Position numbers and translations under genes: made by a program
Part shown: one piece after another, positions 58,217 to 64,000 of the stretch
Position numbering within the stretch: the first letter of the stretch is position 1
How the letters are laid out: the number at the start of each line of letters is the position of its first letter
NCBI GenBank assembly: GCA_938017985.1
Contig: CALIKS010000004.1
Coordinates: 54,692 to 118,691, forward strand
Source of the DNA: an uncultured archaeon
GTDB taxonomy: Archaea; Thermoproteota; Nitrososphaeria_A; Caldarchaeales; Calditenuaceae
Direction of reading: 5' to 3'
DNA: 64,000 nucleotides
Notes under the pieces: model-generated
What the model was told of the DNA's origin: nothing
The model's input: the letters and a program-made list of their open reading frames with translations, nothing else
Databases searched by the model: none

Positions 58217-59416
58217 CTATAGGCGTTGACGATAAACGTGCAGTTCCTCGCCTGTTAGTGACAGTATGACTCCGCCTATTGCCAATCTCCTTATCGTATC
58301 TCTGTAAGGAGTGTATATCCTAGCGACTTGTCTCTTTGAGTCTATGCCCATGAATAACGCAAGGCCTACCGCTGAGTCATCATCTCCTAAAACGTATGAA
58401 ACAATACCTATCCCGATATCCGAGAAGTCGACTCCCTCATGCCCAATGACCTTCTTAGAGGCTGGACAACCACATCTCTCTATATCGGATAAAACATCAT
58501 TCAGAAAATCTACTATGCTTATATGAGTTTCGTTTCTCTGTTCTAGGATTTTAAAGTTTATCCAAGATAATGGTATTGTTCTGAGAGACGCTCCTCTCAG
58601 AAACCTTGCGTAATTCATCTCTCTTATTACTCGCCTAGCCTCTTGGCTCCGGGTAGAGACGACGCTGGGAATGTCAAGCATAATAATTTCAGCTCCTGAG
58701 CGGTCCATAGCCTCTTTCAGTAATGGTCCAGGCTCCACTCCAAGTAAAGCAATGTGACTCGGCATGGCAACATCGATTAGGCTTGATTTATACCAGTCAG
58801 CAGCACCTTCACCTATCCATCCATCAGTATTTATTAAAGTAAGGGTAGTCCAATTTCTGCGTAAGATATTCATAGCCATGCATAATGCCTCGTTAGGATT
58901 GTAAGACGGCGAAGTATATCCGACAGGGTATATTTTTTCAGGCCTTAAGAGGTGAAGGGAGGGTACTGTCTTTGAGCTTTGACTTGAGTAAGCCATCGTG
59001 GTTGGAGGACAGATGTCTGATTGACCAATATCTAGGTCAACGACAACCGGCTCGATGCCACTCTTCAAGACATAATTATGCAGATAAGTAATAAGTGAAG
59101 TTTTACCCGAATCTATCCCCCCTAAAACAATTATTCGACTCTTCTCTTTCAAAGCATTTAAAAGGTTTATCCAAGTATCTGGAATAGTGTTTCCTTGCAC
59201 GATATTTATCGAGTGACCAGTGCCAAGCGACAATTCAAGCTTAGCATCGGTCAAGGCATGAATCGGCAAAACTCTATGAGGCCTAGACACAATCGTCTCA
59301 CCTTTCTTTGGCCTATGTCCAAAGATTTCTACTTCGCCTTCTAGAAGTTTTGCAGATGCAGGTCCGCCCAGCAGCAGAGTACTTCCACGCTCTAGTGTCT
59401 CCTTATTTTCAGACAT
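58217..59416 (-). CDS. Clp1-family polynucleotide 5'-kinase (GTP-binding/P-loop NTPase)
   Basis: N-terminal beta-sandwich, then a P-loop VLGGIDSGKTSL and a C-terminal domain. The architecture resembles archaeal Clp1 homologs. Confidence 0.55.
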   Translation of the reverse strand: MSENKETLERGSTLLLGGPASAKLLEGEVEIFGHRPKKGETIVSRPHRVLPIHALTDAKLELSLGTGHSINIVQGNTIPDTWINLLNALKEKSRIIVLGGIDSGKTSLITYLHNYVLKSGIEPVVVDLDIGQSDICPPTTMAYSSQSSKTVPSLHLLRPEKIYPVGYTSPSYNPNEALCMAMNILRRNWTTLTLINTDGWIGEGAADWYKSSLIDVAMPSHIALLGVEPGPLLKEAMDRSGAEIIMLDIPSVVSTRSQEARRVIREMNYARFLRGASLRTIPLSWINFKILEQRNETHISIVDFLNDVLSDIERCGCPASKKVIGHEGVDFSDIGIGIVSYVLGDDDSAVGLALFMGIDSKRQVARIYTPYRDTIRRLAIGGVILSLTGEELHVYRQRL

Positions 59417-59445
59417 TTTCTTCCACTCTTCATTAAAAATTTCTC

Positions 59446-60219
59446 TTATTTATTTTGCTTATGCGCCAGCTTAAAGACCCAACGTGTCTCCTCCTTTCCA
59501 CCATTAATATTGACTACATTGATATTTACTATGTTATCCTTAGTGATGTCTATAACGTTAAAACTATTTCCCAGTCTTCCCCTTGTCCTTACGCATGACA
59601 CTGTGCCCGCATTGACGAAGACTGTATTGTTGACCTGTATTGCGTTCCTTACATGTCTATGTCCCATCAATACTAGGTCTACTCCAGCGTCAAGGACTAC
59701 CCGTAAAACATCGCCAGCATCTTCAAGTATATCTTTCTCTCTGCCAGCGAATGGTACTGGAATAGTGTGATGATGAAGCACAAGAATTTTTAATGTATCT
59801 TCAGGTAGCGCTTTGAACTTGCTCGTAATGAGTCCCTGTCTATACCGTCCAAGCCTGCCATTATCAGAGTCTGGCACGGCGCTGTCTAGGAGTAGGAAGA
59901 CTGCCTTACCAATGCTTACCTCAAAGTCAACAGGGCCAATCATCTCTTTAAATAGGGAATCGCCATAGTTTCTTTCGTCGTGGTTTCCAGGCGTAAACAG
60001 TATTTCATGAGATATGGCTCTAAGCTTCTGGCATGCTAGCTCATAATCATCTAGTACTCCATTATCGGTAATATCGCCAGAATGAATTATTACGTCTGGT
60101 TTGGGGTCAAGTTCAGAAATTATTGAGAGGCACTTATCAAGCATGTCTGGAAGATGCATGCCAAACCTAGTGATATGAGTGTCTGAGATATGCACTATTC
60201 TTAGTTTAAAACTGCTCAT
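59446..60219 (-). CDS. calcineurin-like metallophosphoesterase
   Basis: ISDTH, SGDITD, GNHD, HHH and GHRH motifs. Lies 30 nt upstream of the Clp1-like gene on the same strand. Confidence 0.8.
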   Translation of the reverse strand: MSSFKLRIVHISDTHITRFGMHLPDMLDKCLSIISELDPKPDVIIHSGDITDNGVLDDYELACQKLRAISHEILFTPGNHDERNYGDSLFKEMIGPVDFEVSIGKAVFLLLDSAVPDSDNGRLGRYRQGLITSKFKALPEDTLKILVLHHHTIPVPFAGREKDILEDAGDVLRVVLDAGVDLVLMGHRHVRNAIQVNNTVFVNAGTVSCVRTRGRLGNSFNVIDITKDNIVNINVVNINGGKEETRWVFKLAHKQNK

Positions 60220-60261
60220 TGCAGATTAATTCCTCAATAACATTACTTATATTTATTTTAT

Positions 60262-61233
60262 TCATGTCAATAGGCGCAGGGGAATTCTAAGCATGCTGCT
60301 CAGTTTCACAAGTCTTATGCTTCTTAATACTTCATCAATCATTTTAACCTCATCATCAGTGAGTCTAAAATCTGTTGCACTAGCATTTTCCTTAACTTGT
60401 TCGGCCCGCTTTACTCCAGGTATTACTACGACTTCAGGTCTTCTTATTAACCAGTTGATTGCGATCTGTGAGGGTTTCTTCCCCCTCTTAGAGGCGATTG
60501 TTTTCAATAGGGATATTAGGGGCTGAAGTCTTTTCAGGTTTTCCCTATCGAATAATATGTTGACTTTCCTAACAGTGTCGTCTGGTAGATGGTATTGGTC
60601 GTACTTTCCTGTTAGTAGGCCCTGAGCAAGTGGGCTGTAGGCTATTATCGTAATTTTATTTTTCTCTGCGTATGGAAGTAGTTCTTTCTCTGCATCTCTC
60701 TCAATCATGTTGTACTTTACTTGGTTAGAAACTATTTCTTCACTCTTCAGGGATTCTTGAGCCTTGATGAGTTGTCTCAGGGAGAAGTTGCTTACACCTA
60801 TATGCCTGATCTTTCCCTCCTTCACGAGTCTCTCCATTGCTCTCATCGTCTGGCTTATCGGTATGAATGGGTTGGGCCAGTGAATCTGGTATAGGTCAAT
60901 TACGTCGACGCCCAGTCTTTCTAGGCTTCTCTTGCATGCTTTTAGGACGCCGTTATATGCTAAGTGGGTGGGCCATACCTTGGTCGCGATTATTACTCTT
61001 TCCCTCACTTCCTTTATTGCTTTTCCGACTATTCTCTCTGACTTTCCATCGCCATACATCTCGGCCGTGTCGATGAAGTTTATTCCCAGCTCTACTGCGG
61101 TTCTAATTGCCTCTATTATGTCTCTCTCGCCGTACTCTTTTCCCCATCCCCAGGACTTGCTTCCTGCCTGCCAGCATCCGACGCCGACCTGTGATGTTTT
61201 TAGTCCGGTTTTGCCGAGCTCTGTGAAGATCAT
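60262..61233 (-). CDS. aldo/keto reductase
   Basis: AKR TIM-barrel motifs (IDTAEMYGDG and IGVSNF). Confidence 0.85.
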   Translation of the reverse strand: MIFTELGKTGLKTSQVGVGCWQAGSKSWGWGKEYGERDIIEAIRTAVELGINFIDTAEMYGDGKSERIVGKAIKEVRERVIIATKVWPTHLAYNGVLKACKRSLERLGVDVIDLYQIHWPNPFIPISQTMRAMERLVKEGKIRHIGVSNFSLRQLIKAQESLKSEEIVSNQVKYNMIERDAEKELLPYAEKNKITIIAYSPLAQGLLTGKYDQYHLPDDTVRKVNILFDRENLKRLQPLISLLKTIASKRGKKPSQIAINWLIRRPEVVVIPGVKRAEQVKENASATDFRLTDDEVKMIDEVLRSIRLVKLSSMLRIPLRLLT

Positions 61234-61261
61234 TTTAGTCTCCTCTGTTGTTCATGCTGGG

Positions 61262-62011
61262 CTAGGTTAGTGCGCCTACTGGCATTACGTATATGGGTAT
61301 CTCTCCTTTCGGTAGGTCTAGGATCTTCTCGATCTCTGATTCGTAGAATGCGCCGATGACTACGCATCCTAGGCCGAGTGTCTCGGCTTGGAGGTATATG
61401 TTCTGTGCTGCGTGTCCTGATTCTTGGAGGATGTATTGCCATCCCCTCTCTCCGTATCTTCTCTTTGTTCTCTCGGCTACTGCCGTGAAGATTATGTTTA
61501 TTGCTGCGTCTCTTACCCATTCTTGGTCTACGCATGCTGCCATGAGTTGTTCGCTGAAGTCTCCGCTGATTATGAGTTCTAGCTCGTGTTCATGGGGCTT
61601 GTAGTGGTAGATTCCTGGCTCTAGTTCTTTGACGCCGTCTTTTCTTACTGCGACGTATAGTTCGAGTGGGTATAGTCCTCCTGCTGATGGTGCGCTTCTT
61701 AGTCCTACCCAGACCTTTGGCTCTGTTATTCCTTGGGCTGCCCATAGTAGCTGTGATACGTCGCTTAGCTTGATGGGCTTGTTCTTGTATTCTCTTCTTG
61801 ACCTTCTTCTGAGTATTGCTTGTTCGAGTGAGATTGGGCCGTCGAGTCTCGGTGATGGGAGCTTTATTGTGGCCTGTGTGGTTCGTGTCTGTCTCGTGCT
61901 CATGTAGTTATTTTTCTTTATTTGGGTTAATATGCCTAGCGTGGCTGCTGTCCCGATTATTGATGCGATTATGCCTGTTTTTAGTAGTTGTCTACGGGTT
62001 GGTTTTCTCAA
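61262..62011 (-). CDS. SagB-type / nitroreductase-family flavoprotein with Tat signal peptide
   Basis: N-terminal RRQLLKTGIIAS twin-arginine motif plus hydrophobic region, then a nitroreductase-like fold (GGLYPLELY, SGHAAQN). Confidence 0.65.
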   Translation of the reverse strand: MRKPTRRQLLKTGIIASIIGTAATLGILTQIKKNNYMSTRQTRTTQATIKLPSPRLDGPISLEQAILRRRSRREYKNKPIKLSDVSQLLWAAQGITEPKVWVGLRSAPSAGGLYPLELYVAVRKDGVKELEPGIYHYKPHEHELELIISGDFSEQLMAACVDQEWVRDAAINIIFTAVAERTKRRYGERGWQYILQESGHAAQNIYLQAETLGLGCVVIGAFYESEIEKILDLPKGEIPIYVMPVGALT

Positions 62012-62062
62012 ATTTTTCCTTATTATTTGTCTGGGCCGGGGGGTTGATTAAGTTTGTGGGTT

Positions 62063-63085
62063 TTATAGTCTTTTCACCATTGTTAGTGGCCTTATTTTCT
62101 TGACTTCTGGGTTGACGAGGTGTGGCGGCTCTTCTCCTCTTAGGACCGAGAGTAGGTTTGTGGCTGCGAGCTCGGACATCTTTGTCCTCGAGCTTATAGA
62201 TGCGCTTCCAATATGAGGTGTCAATACCACGTTTTCGAATTTTATGAGTGGGTTTTCTGGACTTATTGGCTCCTGCTCAAAGACGTCTAGTGCCGCTCCA
62301 GCTATCCATTTTTCTCTCAGCGCCTTGACGAGTGCCGCCTCATCGACTACTGGTCCCCTACTAGTGTTTATCAGGAAAGCGGTGGGCTTCATCATTCTTA
62401 GCTCTCTTTCACTGATCATGTGTCTTGTCTCCTTTGTGAGGGCTACGTGTAGCGTGACGAAGTCCGAGTTCTTTAATAGTTCTTCTAGCGAGACATAATT
62501 AGCATCGAGTTCCTTCTCTCGTTCAGGCGGGACTCTCACAACATCGTAGTATAGTATCTTCATTCCGAACCCCTTCGCCCTCTTGGCGACTGCTTGGCCT
62601 ATCCTTCCAAATCCAATGATGCCTATTGTCTGGCCATATACGTCTGCGCCTACGAAGAAGGTCGGCGTCCAAGCTATCTTCCATTTACCGGCCCTCAAAT
62701 AATTGTCTGCCTCGACTATTCTCCGAGCGACTGATAGTAGCAGCGCCCAAGTCAGGTCGGCAGTGGCCTCCGTCAAGACTCCAGGCGTGTTAGTGACGTA
62801 GATTCCCCTTCTAGTCGCCTCCTCCACGTCTATGTGGTCAAACCCGACAGAGTTTGTGCTGATTACTACAAGGTTAGGAGAGAGGTCCATAACTTCAGCA
62901 TCAATTTTGTCGCCAACCATGCATACGATGCCGTCCTTATTTCTAACTTTCTCGAGGAGTAATGAGCGTGGAGGCGGGCCGCCCGCCTCATACACGTCTA
63001 CGTCGCAGTATTGTCTAAGGAGCTCCATGTGTTGCGGAAATAAAGGCTGTGTCACAAATATTCTGGGACGTTTACTGCTCATCAT
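62063..63085 (-). CDS. D-isomer-specific 2-hydroxyacid dehydrogenase (glyoxylate/hydroxypyruvate reductase-like)
   Basis: GIIGFGRIGQAVAKRA NAD-binding motif with a catalytic R/E/H set. The track ORF extends to 63643, but the conserved family start is MMSSKRPRIFV at 63085, preceded by an AT-rich promoter-like spacer. Confidence 0.8.
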   Translation of the reverse strand: MMSSKRPRIFVTQPLFPQHMELLRQYCDVDVYEAGGPPPRSLLLEKVRNKDGIVCMVGDKIDAEVMDLSPNLVVISTNSVGFDHIDVEEATRRGIYVTNTPGVLTEATADLTWALLLSVARRIVEADNYLRAGKWKIAWTPTFFVGADVYGQTIGIIGFGRIGQAVAKRAKGFGMKILYYDVVRVPPEREKELDANYVSLEELLKNSDFVTLHVALTKETRHMISERELRMMKPTAFLINTSRGPVVDEAALVKALREKWIAGAALDVFEQEPISPENPLIKFENVVLTPHIGSASISSRTKMSELAATNLLSVLRGEEPPHLVNPEVKKIRPLTMVKRL

Positions 63086-63120
63086 TTTAGGTTTTTTATT
63101 TCTAATATTTATATTATTAT

Positions 63121-64000
63121 GTTGTTGATTTTTCCGGGCTTGGATTTCTTCGCTACTACTGTCCTTGGTCTTGAGGACGTTACTGCTAGGGAGATTGAGG
63201 AGCTGACGGGAACCGAGGCTCTGCGTGACGTTGCTAAGGTTATCTTTCATGGAAGGCCTGTCGATGCTGCCAGAGTGAACTATGCCTCGAGGTGTTGTAA
63301 CAGGGTCTTCATACTCCTCGTCAGGAAGAGTGTCGGTGGTCTCGAAGACATTGAGAAGGCAGCAAAAGAAGTAGAGTACTCGGAGTTTATCAATGACGAC
63401 CAGTCCTTTGCTGTCAGGTCTGAGAGGCATGGCTCTCATCCCTTTACGAGCATGGACATCAGTGCTGCGGTTGGTCGAAGCGTCATAGAGTCGTTTAGGG
63501 CGTCGAGAGGAGTCAGGCTCAGGGTCGACCTTAAGAATCCAGACGTCGAGCTGTTCGCACTGCTCAGGGGCTCGGAGTTCATCTTGGGACTCAACACGAC
63601 TGGCCGCTCCCTTCATCACAGGTTCTACAGGGTTTATCATCATCGTGCCGGTCTCTCCGCAGTGATTGCCGCCTCGATGCTTAGGCTTAGCGAGTGGTCC
63701 CCATCCGAATCTATTCTTGACCCTTTCTGTGGAAGCGGGACCATACCGATCGAGGCGGGACTAATGGGGCTTAAAATAGCTCCTGGCCTAGAATTCATGG
63801 ACATGGCGATGCATCGTTTAAAAATATTTAGCAAGGATGAGCTGGAGAAAGTGAGGAAGAGTCTCAGGGCATCTGAGGAGCGTTGGAAAGAGCTGAGGAT
63901 ATTTGGCTCAGACGCCTCTCTGAGAAGTATTGAGGGAGCCTTGATGAACGTTAGGGCAGCCGGGCTTGAGGGAAGGGTCAGACTCATGCAGGGCGACGTG
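63121..64000 (+). CDS. THUMP-domain tRNA (guanine-N2) methyltransferase-like (Trm-G10/Trm11-type); partial, runs off window end
   Basis: Hand-translated frame: FATTVLGLEDV... (THUMP N-terminus), HRFYRVY, and the DPFCGSGTI SAM-binding motif. Probable TTG start around 63121. Absent from the ORF track because it has no ATG and no stop in the window. Confidence 0.65.

Noticed and set aside
61230-61535. Minus-strand 101-aa Arg-rich ORF
   Set aside because: Low complexity and overlaps the 3' end of the SagB-like gene in another frame. No support.
63086-63643. 186-aa N-terminal extension of the 62063..63643 ORF
   Set aside because: It has no family similarity and crosses an AT-rich promoter-like spacer. 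The conserved 2-hydroxyacid dehydrogenase N-terminus starts at 63085. The extension also overlaps the opposite-strand THUMP MTase.
63640-63987. Minus-strand 115-aa ORF
   Set aside because: Antisense to the well-supported THUMP/DPFCGSGTI methyltransferase frame.
1-64000. CRISPR arrays, IS elements, integrases, rRNA genes
   Set aside because: No regularly spaced 24-40-nt direct repeats, no transposase- or integrase-like ORFs, and no rRNA-like conserved stretches were seen in the window.

Overview
This is a gene-dense archaeal chromosomal segment, about 45% GC. The hallmarks are crenarchaeal and Thermoproteales-like (Caldivirga/Vulcanisaeta type): RpoL, TFS, exosome Csl4, class I CCA-adding enzyme, bifunctional FBP aldolase/phosphatase, a histone-fold protein, and a tRNA carrying two introns. 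I call about 70 CDS and two tRNA genes, tRNA-Arg(GCG) and an intron-containing tRNA-Gln(UUG). I see no CRISPR array, transposase, integrase or rRNA. Housekeeping genes identified include asnS, ilvD, pyk, tmk, gdhA, fbp, cca, cysteine synthase and an aguA-aguB polyamine pair. The most notable block starts directly downstream of tRNA-Gln at 34.8-45.7 kb. It is a sugar-catabolic island with four Gfo/Idh/MocA oxidoreductases, a xylose-isomerase-like TIM-barrel enzyme, and a complete ABC importer. The importer's two ATPases show complementary motif degeneracy, predicting one consensus and one degenerate ATP site. Other points of interest are an unannotated 58-aa truncated histone-fold gene, a kinase plus metallophosphoesterase module that resembles RNA end-healing, and a cysteine synthase plus JAMM protease pair. 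Two paralogous HTH-PRTase regulators are also present, one with a decayed PRPP loop. Several ORFs in the supplied track are antisense or extension artefacts and are listed as rejected.
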